Source: Geosiphon pyriformis uo1 (lineage: Eukaryota > Fungi > Glomeromycota). From it: a stretch of DNA of 64,000 bases. A program made the position numbers and the translations under genes. Numbering within the stretch: the stretch's first letter is position 1; each line of letters begins with the position of its first letter. The stretch is from positions 1-64,000 of the forward strand of contig JAAOMT010000448.1 in assembly GCA_016748015.1 (NCBI GenBank), read 5' to 3'. Positions 1-13,736 of this stretch are shown piece after piece. The notes below the pieces were generated by a model. It was not told the DNA's origin. It saw only the letters and a list, made by a program, of their open reading frames with translations, and searched no databases.

Positions 1-458
1 CATTTGCGAATGCGGAGCATCGACTCGTAGAACAAGGAACTTTTCTGACTGTAGAAATGGCTCGAGCTATTTCACTTAAAACATTGTTCAAAAAAGTGTA
101 AGTTAAATTAATTCTAAACTCTTTCTTGCGAGTATCGAATTATTAAGCTCAATTTTTCAAATTGATTTGTTACCAGCTGGCTCATTAACAATAAAACAAA
201 TAAAATTCCGATGATACAATTCCAAATTGCCTTGAAATACGTTGGAATTGAAGCAGATATGGCCGAAGTGGCATGGTCGCTGGCGGTGATGATTCAAAAG
301 GTTAAAAACGGTATTTTTTATCATGCTCAAAGCTATGTATCGACTAACTTCGATTTTCCCATTCCAAATAGGGGTTAATCAGAGGATATTTATCTGAGGC
401 CAAACTATTTGTTGTTTTCAGCACTAAAGATGCGTTTCCGGTGAAATCTTCCAATTAA
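1..458 (+). CDS. PCID2: 3' end of PCI-domain protein (PCID2/CSN12/Thp1 family), partial
   Basis: Manually spliced (introns ~98-176, ~301-371): ...GTFLTVEMARAISLKTLFKKV/WLINNKTNKIPMIQFQIALKYVGIEADMAEVAWSLAVMIQK/GLIRGYLSEAKLFVVFSTKDAFPVKSSN*. This matches the PCID2/Csn12 winged-helix end (G.I.GY.S......V.S...FP). Confidence 0.8.
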
Positions 459-787
459 TTAATGTTTCCATCATGAAATTAACTTTTTACTTTGCATAAT
501 TCCCACAGAATTTCTTAATATCCAAGTCACCCGCAGTTCAAGTAAACTACTCTCGGCCTAGATCCTACATTATTTAGTGAATCCTGAAGATGTCATGTTC
601 TTAATAAATGCTTTTACAAGCAATTGAGGGGTTAATTTTTTGTGCAACCTTGTTTGCATATTTATGGTTTCTTGTAATTACTAGTTGCAGCATCGCACAA
701 GTACAACAGCTTACACGTTTTTTCTTTAGAATTTATAAATATGGTAGAAATAAAACCTTTTCTAAATGACCAAGAATTTATATTTCA

Positions 788-1906
788 ATGGCCCCAATTA
801 GTCAAGCAATCAAAACCTTACAAGGGCTTGTTGTTTTCCTTCTTTTGGGAATATTTGGCTATAATCTTTACAACGGAATTCGTGGATTGAACATTACGGT
901 ACAATCCTTCTCTGTGGAAACAAGAGATCGTTTGGTTCCACCCGCTCTCACAATTTGTATAGAAGGTTCAACGTATTCTTTTGAAATAACGGTGTATGGT
1001 AAATTGCTCGCGCAGGGGAATTCCTATTTGGATACTTACCGCGCTGACTCGCCAGAGTTGTCACAACTGAAGGACGTGTTTTCCAGATGTTGGGTAAGCT
1101 CAAGTATTAAATATTACTGTATGATATATTTTAAGTTTAATATTGGTTCTTAGATCAATTTTATTTCCTACTAGATTTTAAGTACAGGTGATGAGCCTAT
1201 TATACAAAATCCGGCCCCAGTACCCAATGTACCAGACATGGAGCTTACCTATAATCGCTCACTTGATAATGGCTCGACTAATTCCCCAATATATCTCAAC
1301 ATCTTTGACCCTCTCCAGAAAAATTCACAATTTATCTTTAATCGTTTCATGTATTTGGAAGCTGATGTAAATAGAGCGATTAGTTTTTCAAGAACCCAGA
1401 ACATTGGTATAAATGGAACTGTTAGGAATGATGTTAGATTCAACATTGTGGATGAGTTTCGAGATCCACGTTGGACATATAGCTCATTCGCTAAAAGCAG
1501 AATTACAATTCGAGCTGGTAATCGCAATGTTTAATCAATTTGATTTTATTGAAACAATCAAAATCCATCATTAATTCTCTATCCTTTGCCAGAAACATTT
1601 GATATTTTGAAAACCACTGATGTACCTCGGTCAACTCCATGGTCAATCTTTCGAGAAAGCTTCACGCTTCTTGGTGTATTATATTCGTTTTATCTCACTT
1701 TTTCTGGACAAGGAAAATACAAACCTTGGGGACTCTTGCATCGATTGTTGAGGTATTATCCAATAGAACATATTAAATATCGAGGTACAAATGAAATCCA
1801 AGAAAATTTAGTAACAAAGGAACGAGAAGAAAGCCCTTCACCCAAAATAGAAGAAAAGTTGAGAATATTCTTGGATAAATTCGACGACGCGAAATATAAT
1901 ACATAA
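788..1906 (+). CDS. ~320 aa two-TM membrane protein with large central loop (uncharacterised; PAC/ENaC-like topology)
   Basis: Exons 788-1093, 1175-1517 and 1593-1906 join in frame via GT-AG introns. N-terminal TM (LQGLVVFLLLGIFGYNLY), then PPALTIC, second hydrophobic helix (FTLLGVLYSFYLTF) followed by KPWG. Confidence 0.75.
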
Positions 1907-1999
1907 AATTCATATAGCATCTAACATAAGTAATTCACCGGCTTAATCACACATTTTCTTTTCAACAGTATAAACTATTAACTGCATAATTAAAAGTAT

Positions 2000-2806
2000 T
2001 GAAACAAATATAATAATAAACATTTACATTTTGTAATTTCTTAATATTTTACACTCGATAATTTAATATTAGTTTTATTTTTAAAGTTTTATTAACAATT
2101 TATAATAGAATACTTTTATATTTTGTATTATTACTTAATAAAAATTATAATAATAAACCACTTAGATTGTAGTCCAACCGCTATTTACTTCCATGTTCTA
2201 TGATAAATGCGGCTCATGCGTTTTGTTGTGATTTTTTAATTTAATATTTATTTATTATCTCGATTTTTCAACATTAAATCATTCTTTATTATATCCAAAC
2301 ACCTTAAAAATTTTCTTATTTGAATAATATCATAATAAACATTCGATTTATAACATTTTAAAATTTTATGTTATAATTATTTTTTTAACAAAGTATTGTA
2401 AATAACTAATGTTTTTTGACAAAATTCTATTATAATTATATACATAATTATATAATTATTGATTTTTTATTATTGATGTTAATTACTATAGTTTTTAAAA
2501 ATTAATATTATTCTTACTTATAAATTATTATAATTTTGATTTAATAAATATGTTTTAATTTCACTTATAAATATTTATTGTATATTTTATTTTAAATTTG
2601 TAAATTTAATTTAACTATTATTTACTTATATATAATGTATATATGTTTTATAATAAACAAAGTTTACAAATTTTTAACTAATTAACTTTAAAACATTTAA
2701 TACTTTATTTATAATTTTATAAAACCAAATAAATTAGCCAAAAATCATATTTGTTTAATATTTTCAATTTCAACTTGTTAATATGTTTTATTAAATTAAA
2801 ATACAC

Positions 2807-2848
<42 letters not shown>

Positions 2849-4100
2849 TGAACCACTTTTTTTAAGTTTTATTACTATTTTTGCCAATTAATTTTTCTAT
2901 TTTAGTTTTATTATTTTAGTATTTTGAAAAAAATTTAAAATTTATTATATTATTATTTAAATCTAATTTTAATTAAAGTTATATATATATTTATTTGTAT
3001 TTACATATAAATAAATAAGTTTTTTAAATTTTAAATAATTTTAAATTTGTTATAATTATTAATTAAATATTTTAAAAATTATTATTTTTTGTTTTATTAT
3101 TAATATTATAAACAAATATATAATTAATTTATTATACTTTATATACATAATAATAAAAATAAAAATTAATTTTTTGTTTTTTATTTTTATTATTATATCT
3201 AAAATAAAAAGTAAAATAGTTGTAACTTCTATTTAATATTATTTTTACTAGTTTTAATACTTAAAAAATATTTTTTAAATAGAAACAATTAATTAAAGTT
3301 AATTATAATATAATTATTATTATTATAAAGATATTAAAAACTTTTAATAATAAATTAATAATAAAGTTATTTTTATTAATTTTTTTTATATTTATTTAAA
3401 TAACTAAAAAAGCAAAAAAAGCAAAAAAACAATTTTTTTTAATTTAAAATAATCAAATTAAAGTTAAATTAAATTAAATTTAAAAAAAAACATATTTAAT
3501 AACAAATATTTTATGTATAATTATAACCAAATTATTGTTTTAAAAAATTATTTTAGTTAATTATATAGTTTTATTTGTATTAAATTTAAGATTAAAAGTT
3601 TATAATTTTTAATTTATCAAAAATAGTATTATTATTTATAATTTTATTAAAAAATTGTATAGCCAAAAAAAAATTAACCAACTTGATTTTAAAAATATTA
3701 TAAAAAAAAATTATTTTTTTTTAATTAAAACCAACTAAATAATTAAAAACAATTTTAAAAAATTTAAAGTTAATAAAATAAACAATTATATATTGTTATA
3801 AGTTAATTTAAAATATTTTTATAAAATATTTATTTATTATTAATAAATAAAAAATACCAAAAATATTACAATAAAATAATCACACTTTTAATATTAAAAA
3901 TTTAATAATAATCTATATTTTTTTCAAAATAAAATTGATTTTAATTATTTTGACTGACTTTAAATATATTAACATTTTATTGTAAAAATCTTTGGATTGG
4001 TAAATAATTAATAATTGAAACTATTTAATAAAAAATTTATTGATAACAAATGTATTTTAAAGACATAAAATTTTCATTCCAAACTGAATCATTTTTATCA
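2000..4100. repeat. Extremely AT-rich eroded repeat block with (ATT)n microsatellite at ~2811-2846
   Basis: Almost no C/G and no ORFs. A small GC island at 2161-2225 resembles the LINE 3' motif seen elsewhere in the window. Confidence 0.6.
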
Positions 4101-4416
4101 TATTCTATTTCCTTAACATATAAATAAATGATGCAAATCATTGTGTTATTTCTATCACAATATTTATTACTCCATCTGAAATAATTTATTTTTTAGAATA
4201 TTTCTAGCAGAAAAGGAACAGAAATTGATGAAATTTGGGGTTGTTTTTAATTCGATCAATAAAAAATTTAGCAAGAAAAAATCTTCGTGAATCAATTACC
4301 TCAAGCATCTTATTATTTTCCATCTCGGTAGTAACATATGAAAAAGCATACGGCAATAAAAAAAAAAAAAAGACTAGTCTAGTAAAACTTAAGAACTCAC
4401 CTTATCACAGTAACTT

Positions 4417-5149
4417 TTATCGTCTTAAAAGAAGATAACAATTTTGTCCAACGTATATGTTTGTGATGTGGCGATGGTCTCCTTCGAGTGCCATGAGAAG
4501 ACCACCAAAAGATATATAAACCCCACTTTAAATAAATAATAATTTGTATAAATCAAGGATGATCGTTTAGTTCCAATAATTTTCTTGATAAAAAAAGCTA
4601 AAATCTAAGTTAAAAGGATACACTCCTTTAGAGCTTTTTTCATCAAATTTGTAAACCTTTCCAAACATGACATAGTCATATTGGTCCGATAAGTCGACTT
4701 CATCGGGTCTTTTTTCTTGCCAGCTGTCACGCTCTTTTTCCTCATGCTCCTTTTTTCTTTTCTTTTCTGCCTCGCTGTCGTTCAATGATATGGCCTTGAG
4801 TACTTCTGCCGATACGGGATTTACCTCCAGTGAAGAGGCTAGACAGAGAACGACTCGATCACCAATATCAAGTGGATAAAGCTCAATGTTTATGTCGAGG
4901 GTAAGTTCCATTTCATAGTTTTCACTGCGCGCAGTGAATCGAGAAACTATTAAAAGAGAAAGGACGTTCAAATTATAAATATACTAAGTTTTTAAAAAGA
5001 AAAGGGGTAGGTAAGAAAAAAAGTAAGACAATATAATTAAACAGAACGTAAAATCGAAAAGCTTTGCGTTCTTTACCTCTGTCAAACTTTTTTCCATCTC
5101 GATCCACATCGTTCACATTAAAAATGTCCTGAAACAGAATGTTGGTCAT
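4417..5149 (-). CDS. RPB8: RNA polymerase I/II/III shared subunit RPABC3
   Basis: Three exons: MTNILFQDIFNVNDVDRDGKKFDR / VSRFTARSENYEMELTLDINIELYPL...YDYVMFGKVYKFDEKSSKGV / GVYISFGGLLMALEGDHRHITNIYVGQNCYLLLRR*. Hallmark KKFDRVSR and SFGGLLM motifs are present. Confidence 0.96.
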
Positions 5150-5358
5150 ATTAAATGAGTTGATTGAAAAATAGAAATTCTAAAATAAAGTGGAAATATT
5201 CAAGAATCTATGATCTTTGGGAATCTGAAAATCTAGGGGGTCTGGCCAATCAGCTTTAATTCAGTCAATTTATAAAGAAATAAATTGTTTAATATCTTTA
5301 AAATTTGACAGACTCAACAACTTGAAATCTTTTAAGGTCGCTATTAAGTGAGAAGTTA
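5150..5358. promoter_or_regulatory. Probable bidirectional promoter (RPB8 / ASCC3)
   Basis: The two start codons diverge with only ~210 bp between them. Confidence 0.55.
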
Positions 5359-8300
5359 ATGTTGCGCTTTTCTGATATTTTACGTTATTCCTCCCCTTCG
5401 ACTCAGTTAGATAATGTAAAGGGGAAAGGAAAGGCTGTAGCATTCGACCAAGATAGTAGTTTTTTACAAAGTTTAGATAGAGCTCACCAAGAATGCGAAG
5501 GAACCATCTTGAACTTTACCAAATTCTTAGAGGAAAGCAAAAGGTATTCATATAATGTATATTCATCTTTTATTTTCCCGAAAAGATTTTCTTTCATGGC
5601 TGGCTTATCATACATTGCTGAAAATAAATTTTTGAAGTTTACCTCAAGGTTTGATCAATCTTATTGATTGAACTACGGATCTTGATTTTTTTCAATATCC
5701 TCAAAACTAAATACATTCTTTTTGCTACTCCAGTTGAAGAAAATCCGAGTGAAGAAGAATTTGGAAGTTATCTATCTTTTAGTAGTCTTCCTACTTACTT
5801 TTACTACGATGAATATACTGAGGATGATGAAGACAGTGTTGATAGTGACCAAGATTTTGCAAATGGGGTTCATAGCACAGATTTAAAGATATTTGATCAA
5901 GATTCACCTGAAGTAGCCTCAAAGGAACGATTTGATAGAGATTGGCTGTTAAAGTATATATTTATTTTATTTTCGGTGACTATTCTCAGAGAATAAACTT
6001 AATTTACATTTTTCATGGTATTATCCGTGATTTCTATTATCAGTCAATGTAAATTGCACACAGAAATTTACCTTGGTAAAAGCCTTGCACTTACACCCGA
6101 CAAACTGTGTACCAATATTTTCACTATTTTGCGGTCCGATAAAGAGGGTAAGAACAAGAATATCATTTTGAATTTTTGGAATTTGGTCTTCAACGCCGTT
6201 TCTTATATTCATCTTCATAATTCTATAGATGAAGAGATTGAAACTTCTTTAGTTGATCTTATCGGCTACGGAAACGTTGAGCTTGTCAGCACTTTATTAC
6301 GTAATCGGAAGGTCATTGTGGAAAATATAAACAATCAATCACAATATAATCTGCTTGATGAATCGGTCGGATTTTCAAAATTATTTTTTGTATTTTTTAT
6401 TTTATTACGTATTAATACCAAAGAATATCAATTGCTATAAGCAGATCGGAAACAAGCAAAAGATCCTTTCCATATCAAGTGACATAAAACGGCCTCAATA
6501 CGGTTCCCAAGTAAAAGTTCAATCCGATATTGAGATACGCGAACTCAAACAAATTAGAAAAGAACACAAAAAGCAAATGAAAAGCAAGACTTCCGGTATT
6601 TAATCGGCATATTAATGAATATGTGATATATATATAATGTGTCTTCAGAAATACTAAGAATCAATATTGGCGAATTTTGATCAGAGGAAGAAGATGCTCT
6701 TTCTGCGAATATCCTCGGGTTCGATCCTGAAATGTTGAAACATCAAAGAGAAGAACAATTAAGAGCGGCTGCAAGTGCAGCTCAAATTGTCCCACAATAT
6801 GTAAGTTTCATATTTCTTAATCTGATTTCCTGCATATTTCGGTGATTTTTTATTAACCAAGTTTTCCTCGACGAAAAATAAAGATGGGAACAAATGAACA
6901 AAAGTTACCTCATGTGTATGCCTCTTCACATCCTGGTAACGTGTTATCCGTTTTCGGGACAAAATATGCTCTACCACTTGGTACAGATCGAAAAGAAACT
7001 GATGTAAGTTCAAGCATTTCATTCTGGAATTTTCCAAGTTCAAAATTTTAACTTAAATATTAATCTGCAGTACTATGAAGAAATTATTATTCCAGTAACA
7101 AAAAAATCAGCTATTGTCAATGAAAAATTAATATTATTAGATGAAATGGATAACCTTTGTCGGGGAACTTTTAAGGTTAGCCCTAATTATATTGGAATTT
7201 TGGTTTTAACGTTAATTTTTCGATTTTTTTTTGGTTTATTATAGAAATACAAATCCTTAAATCGAATTCAAACGATTGTCTATCCATGTGCATATGAAAC
7301 GAATGAAAATATGTTAATTTGTGCCCCCACTGGTGCCGTAAGGCCAATTATTTTTTTGGTTTTTTGCCCAATGTTGTGCATCTCTCTTGAATTTTAACTA
7401 TACATTACTTTTAATTTAGGGGAAAACTGATATTGCCCTGCTCGCAATTTTACATACTCTATCCCTGTACTGTGTTCCTGCACCTTTGAAAATCACGGAG
7501 GCTCAAAATTTCATGATAGCTAAAAATGAGTTCAAAATTGTGTATGTAGCCCCGATGAAAGCTTTGGCTGCTGAAATAGTTCAAAAAATGAGTAGTCGAT
7601 TATCATGGCTAAATATTCAAGTGAGAGAATTGACAGGTTAGTAATATCTTCAATTAAAATCGAAATCTTTTAATTTCATTCAAACTCCTTTTCGAACTAG
7701 AATATATTTGACATACGACAATCTCTTTTCTAGGTGATATACAATTGACCAAAACTGAAATATCTAACACTCAAATAATAGTCACTACTCCCGAAAAATG
7801 GGATGTAGTAACACGAAAGAGCACAGGGGATATTGAATTAGCTCAGGTTTTTTCATTTGAAGTTAGCTCACAGCGTCTATCCATATGGCTTAAATTTATT
7901 ATATAGAAAGTCAAATTGCTCATAATCGATGAAGTTCACCTACTACATGATGATCGTGGTGCAGTCCTTGAAAGCATTGTCGCACGGACTGCACGGCAGG
8001 TATATTAATGTTTGTATTATTTTACATCTTTGTTTGATCTAAATTAACTTAGCGGTCAATGCTCTTGTATTAGGTTGAAACTAGTCAAACCATGATTCGA
8101 GTTGTGGGTTTATCCGCTACATTACCCAATTACGTCGACGTAGCTCGTTTTTTAGGGTATTTCAGTAAACTCATATCAGCTATTCTCAATATTTCCCAAA
8201 TACTTATTTTATCTTGTGTGGTTCTTTCCATTAGAGTCAATTTAATGCGTGGTCTATATTATTTTGATTCTGGATATCGCCCAGTGCCACTTGAACAACA

Positions 8301-8881
8301 CTTTATAGGTGTCAAAGGTAAATCCGGAAGTTCAGTGTCCACCAACAACCTAAACAGAGCCTGTTGGGAAAAGGTGACCCACTTTTTTGTGCGGATGTTC
8401 AGTAAATCAAATATGATCACTAGATCATGATCCTCAAAAAATAATTCATTTATCAGGTCCATGTTTTTTTTCTATAAACGTTTAAGGTTATTGATTTGGT
8501 AAAAGCTGGACATCAAGTCATGGTATTTGTGCACGCCCGAAAGGAAACCGTGAAAACAGCTCAAATTCTAAAGGATTGGGCGACAACCGAAGGTCATTTA
8601 GGTAGAGTACATTTTGAGGAAACTTATGATCTTTATGAGCATCAATTTTAAAAACATTTCCTATTATTATAGAATTATTTGAGGTTGAACAACAAGACAA
8701 TCCTAAACTGAATTTAATAAAAAAAGACGTTTCAAAATCAAAAAATAAAGAATTGAGGGAATTGTTTGCAAACAGTTTTGGCATTCATCATGCAGGAATG
8801 CTTAGATCCGATCGAAATTTAACAGAGCGTTTATTTGAAAATGGACTTATTAAAGCAAGTTTCTTGTTTAACAGAAGTTGG

Positions 8882-8914
<33 letters not shown>

Positions 8915-11900
8915 ATTCACCTTTCTAAAAACACATAGGTCTTGTGTTGTACTGCTACTTTGGCTTGGGGAGTTAATCTTCCTGCATTTGCTGTTATTAT
9001 CAAGGGTACCCAAATTTACGATGCTTCTAAGGGTAATTTTGTCGATTTATCTATCCTTGATGTGTTGCAAATTTTCGGAAGAGCTGGACGTCCTCAGGTT
9101 CGTTTCTAAAAAGATTAGAGCGGACCTCTAAGAAAGACGGTAAAATTGTAATCAAAGGAATCTCATTTTGTGAATTATCTTCATTTTTTAGTATGACGAG
9201 CCTTATGGTGTCGGATATATTCTGACTGCACAGGATAAATTGTCTCACTATGTATCAGCGATGACTCAGCAACATCCCATTGAATCAAAGTTTGGATATT
9301 TATTTTTTCTACATAATAAATTCGGGTGGATAAAGGCTTCAATATTGATTGTTTTTTTTTGTCATACATAGATTTACTACCAGCATGGTCGACAATTTAA
9401 ACGCTGAAATTTCCCTCGGAACAGTGACAACCGTGGATGAAGCTATTGCCTGGCTTGGTTACACATACTTATTCGTTAGAATGCAAAAAAATCCTTTGAT
9501 CTATGGCATGAACCACGACACACCAATACAGGACCCTACGCTCCAAAAACGACGTAAAGACCTCGTGGTTGATGCAGCAAAGATTCTTCACGGAAACCAA
9601 ATGATCATTTTTGATCAAAAAAGTGGTAACTTTGCTCCAAAAGATCTCGGTCGAATCGCATCAAATTATTATATTACTCATGGAAGCATAGAAACATTTA
9701 ACAAAAAGATGGCGGATCGTATGACGGAAGCAGATGTTCTGGCAATGATCAGTCAAAGCAGTGAGTTTAAAAATATCAAATCAAGGGATAACGAATCCAA
9801 AGAATTGAAAGAACTACTAGAAACTGAATGCCTATGTCAAATCAAAGTATGATTTATACTTTTATATACTCTTTCTGGTTCAAATTTTTATATTTTTGTT
9901 TGAAAATCTTTAGGAATCAATAGACACTACTCCCGGTAAAGTGAATGTTCTCCTACAAACATTCCTTTCAAGACAAGATCCTGAGGATTTTGCTTTGGTG
10001 TCAGACTCGGCTTATGTTGTCCAAAATGCCAGTCGTATTATCCGCGCTTTATTCGAAATTGCCTTAAATCGTAACTGGAGTAATGTTACGTCTATTTTGC
10101 TTGATTTGTGCAAATCCATTGACAAGCGAATGTGGATGTTTGAACATCCTCTTGCTCAATTTGGACTTCCCCGCGATATTATTATGAAACTTCAAGCACA
10201 TTCTCGTCGACCAACGATTGAAGAGATGAGAGACATGGATCCTATAGAACTTGGACAATTAGTTCATCACGTTCGTATGGGAGCCACCATAGCTAAATGT
10301 GTAGATCAATTTCCGATGCTTTCTATGGAAGCTCAAATTGCACCCATTACTAGCAACGTCTTGCGGGTGACTCTTTTCATAACTCCCGATTTCGTATGGA
10401 ATGACCGTGTTCATGGCACCGTTGAACCTTGGTGGATATGGGTAGAGGATTCCCAGAATATTGAAATATATCATTCAGAGTATTTCTTATTAAGCAGAAA
10501 GCAACTTGGCGAAACGCAAAAGATTGGGTTTACAATTCCAGTCCAAGAGCCACTTCCCCCACAGATATATATTCGTGCAGTGTCTGATCGTTGGATTGGT
10601 GCCGAGAAAATAATACCAATCTCTTTCAAGCATTTAATATTACCTGAAAAGTATCCAAGACATACAGATTTATTAGATCTTCAACCTTTGCCTATATCCG
10701 CATTACAAGATGAAGTTCTTGAGGAAATATGTGGGAAGCGGTTTTCACATTTTAATCCTATTCAAACGCAAATATTCCACACTCTTTATTACTCTTCCAA
10801 AAATACACTTATCGGGGCGCCAACTGGTTCGGGCAAGACTGTTGCTGCGGAATTGGCTATGTGGTAAGAAGCTACTGTTGCCGAATCAACAAACGAAAGA
10901 CCCAATTGCTAAAACTTAAACTTTATGAATTCATTAACTAGGTGGGCATTTCGCGAAAACCCAGGATCCAAGGTAGTATATATTGCCCCTTTAAAAGCAC
11001 TTGTACGTGAACGCGTTGATGATTGGCGTGCTCGCTTGACTGGTCCAATGGGCAAACGGCTCGTGGAATTGACAGGTGACATAACTCCGGATATTAGGAC
11101 TCTCAGGAGTGCTGATATTATTATTACAACTCCAGAAAAATGGGATGGTATCAGTCGAAATTGGCAGACAAGAAGTTATGTTTTAGCCGTTTCTCTCATA
11201 ATAATTGATGAAATTCATTTGCTCGGTGGTGACCGTGGCCCAATTTTAGAAGTTATAGTATCTCGTATGAACTATATCGCATCTCACACTGCGAAAAAAG
11301 TACGTATTATTGGCCTCTCGACCGCTTTGGCAAATGCCCATGATCTAGCCGATTGGTTAAGTATTGATGAGATGGGATTGTTTAACTTTCGACATTCCGT
11401 ACGACCAGTACCTTTAGAAATTTATATTGATGGATTTCCGGGCAAACACTATTGTCCGCGTATGGCCACGATGAACAAGCCAACCTATGCCGCTATTAAG
11501 GTCCATTCGCCTGATCAACCTGTCATTGTCTTTGTGTCCTCACGACGGCAAACTCGGCTTACTGCACAAGATCTTATAGCATATTGTAACATGGAAGTTC
11601 CTCCGCGCAGCTTTCTTCACATTCCAGAAGAGGAACTACAAATGATTCTCTCTCAAGTCAAAGACAATAATCTGAAAATGTCTCTTGCGTTTGGAATTGG
11701 GCTACATCATGCTGGACTCATTGAAACAGACCGAAAAATTGTAGAAGAGCTATTTGTCAATTTAAAAATTCAAATACTAATTGCAACTAGCACTTTGGCA
11801 TGGGGAGTTAATTTCCCCGCTCATCTTGTAGTCATAAAAGGAACTGAATTCTATGATGCTAAATCAAAGAGTTACGTCGATTTTCCCATTACAGATGTTC

Positions 11901-13652
11901 TTCAAATGATGGGTAGAGCAGGTTAGGATTGCATGAAAATGAATGCATCTTTGTTATTCCATATATTAATGGGGATTGTTTAAATTCTTTATTTGTCTAG
12001 GGCGCCCTCAATTTGATACCTCTGGCATCGCTCGCATTTTTGTCCATGATGTCAAAAAAAATTTTTACAAAAAATTTCTGCATGAACCTTTCCCCGTTGA
12101 ATCGAGCCTGCATGAACATTTGCCTGATCATTTCAATGCTGAAATAGTCGCAGGAACCATTAAGTCAAAGCAAAATGCTATGGATTATCTCACTTGGACT
12201 TACTTCTATCGACGACTTCATCAGAATCCTACTTATTATCAACTTGAAGAAGTTTCCCCTGGGACTATAAATGCCTTTTTATCCAGCCTTATTGAAAATG
12301 CTCTTGAGGATTTGGTCTGCTCTGGATGTATTGAGATTGTTGACGAGAGCGAATTATTATCAACCTCCCTTGGAAAATCTGCTTCATATTATTATCTTCA
12401 ACATAAAACTATGAGACTTTTTCGTGAGCGCATCAAGAGCACTTCTTCTATCGAGGATTTACTTAATATTTTGAGCGACGCCGAGGAGTACGCAGAAATT
12501 CCCGTGCGCCACAATGAGGATTTACTGAATCGCGATTTAGAAAAACAACTTCGCTGGCTAATTGGATTCGATAAAACTTATGATAATCCTCATGCCAAAA
12601 CCTTTCTTTTGCTTCAAGCCCACATTTCCCGATCTAAATTACCAACATCTGACTACGTTACTGATCTTTCCTCAATCTTGGATCAATCCATCCGCATTCT
12701 ACAGGTATTTTTCAGTATTCCTTATTGGTTGAGTATAAAGCCTCATTCAATATCTAGTTCCCTTGATTTTACCTATTATCATCTTAACTAATAATTAAAA
12801 ATACCGATATTTAGGCTATGATTGATGTTTCTGCCGAGCAAGGAAGACTAGCGGTCAGCCTTAATATAATGAACCTTTTGCAATCCATAAAACAAGCCCG
12901 GTGGTCCGATGAATCTTCACTTTTGTCTCTACCCGGAATTGATAAAGAAATTCTAGGATCAATTAATTGTCTGGTAGGAATTAATGTCAAGCTGACTTTT
13001 AATTATTCTGGTCTTTGAACTGATCTACTTTTAAACTCTATATTTCTGGACAGCCTGAATCCATTTTTTGTCTTGGGCAATTAGTTGAGCTTTCCACTAC
13101 AGAACTTGAGAAACTTTTTGTTGGGGTTCAAGGGCTGGCTCCCTCTGATTTTGAAAAGGTGTGTAGATTTTCATTGAATATTACAATGTCGAAGATATTT
13201 ATTTTACCTTTTTAAAGTTGTGCAAGGTTCTTCGAAATCTCCCTATTATGAACTTGGAATATCATTTTCAATATGAATCAAATAGTCTCATGCCTGGCTA
13301 TGAGTATACACTAGAAATCACTGTGAATAGTGGTCGAACAGATCAACATCTAAAGAATCACGACAGAAGAATATATGCACCTCTATTTCCCAAGCCCCAA
13401 TTCGAATCTTGGTGGGTTGTATTGGGTGATATTGAAAATGATGAATTGCTTGCGTTGAAGCGTCTTATTATCCATAATGGAAATGGCGGCTCTTCGAAAC
13501 CTGGAAGAAAATTGGAAGAGAAAATAACAACTCGTATCAAGTTCAATGCCCCTCAAAGGCGAGGTGATCATGTTTACACAATCTTCCTAATCAGTGATGG
13601 CTATATGGGAATTGATCAGCAATATGATATCCACTTTAAGGTGTCTGATTAA
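5359..13652 (+). CDS. ASCC3: Ski2-like tandem helicase ASCC3/Slh1 (RQT/ASC-1 complex), >20 introns
   Basis: Two DExH cassettes (CAPTGAGKT...DEVHLL; GAPTGSGKT...[11 protein letters not shown]) and two Sec63 domains. [17 protein letters not shown] and PWWIWVED motifs favour ASCC3/Slh1 over Brr2. Includes a GC-AG intron at 8855-8938. Confidence 0.93.
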
Positions 13653-13736
13653 GCGCCAAATGAAATCTGAGAAGTGAAATCTTAGTGCTAAGAAAATTTC
13701 TTTTTTAAAAAGGTCGAAGTTGAGACATACTAAATT

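Noticed and set aside
10064-10474. Antisense or overlapping ORFs within ASCC3, BTB-TLDc, RhoGAP and Cdh1 genes
   Set aside because: Shadow frames of real exons with no independent evidence.
5359-13652. Brr2/SNRNP200 assignment
   Set aside because: The second cassette retains intact Walker and DEIH motifs and the ASCC3-type GKHYCPRM signature.
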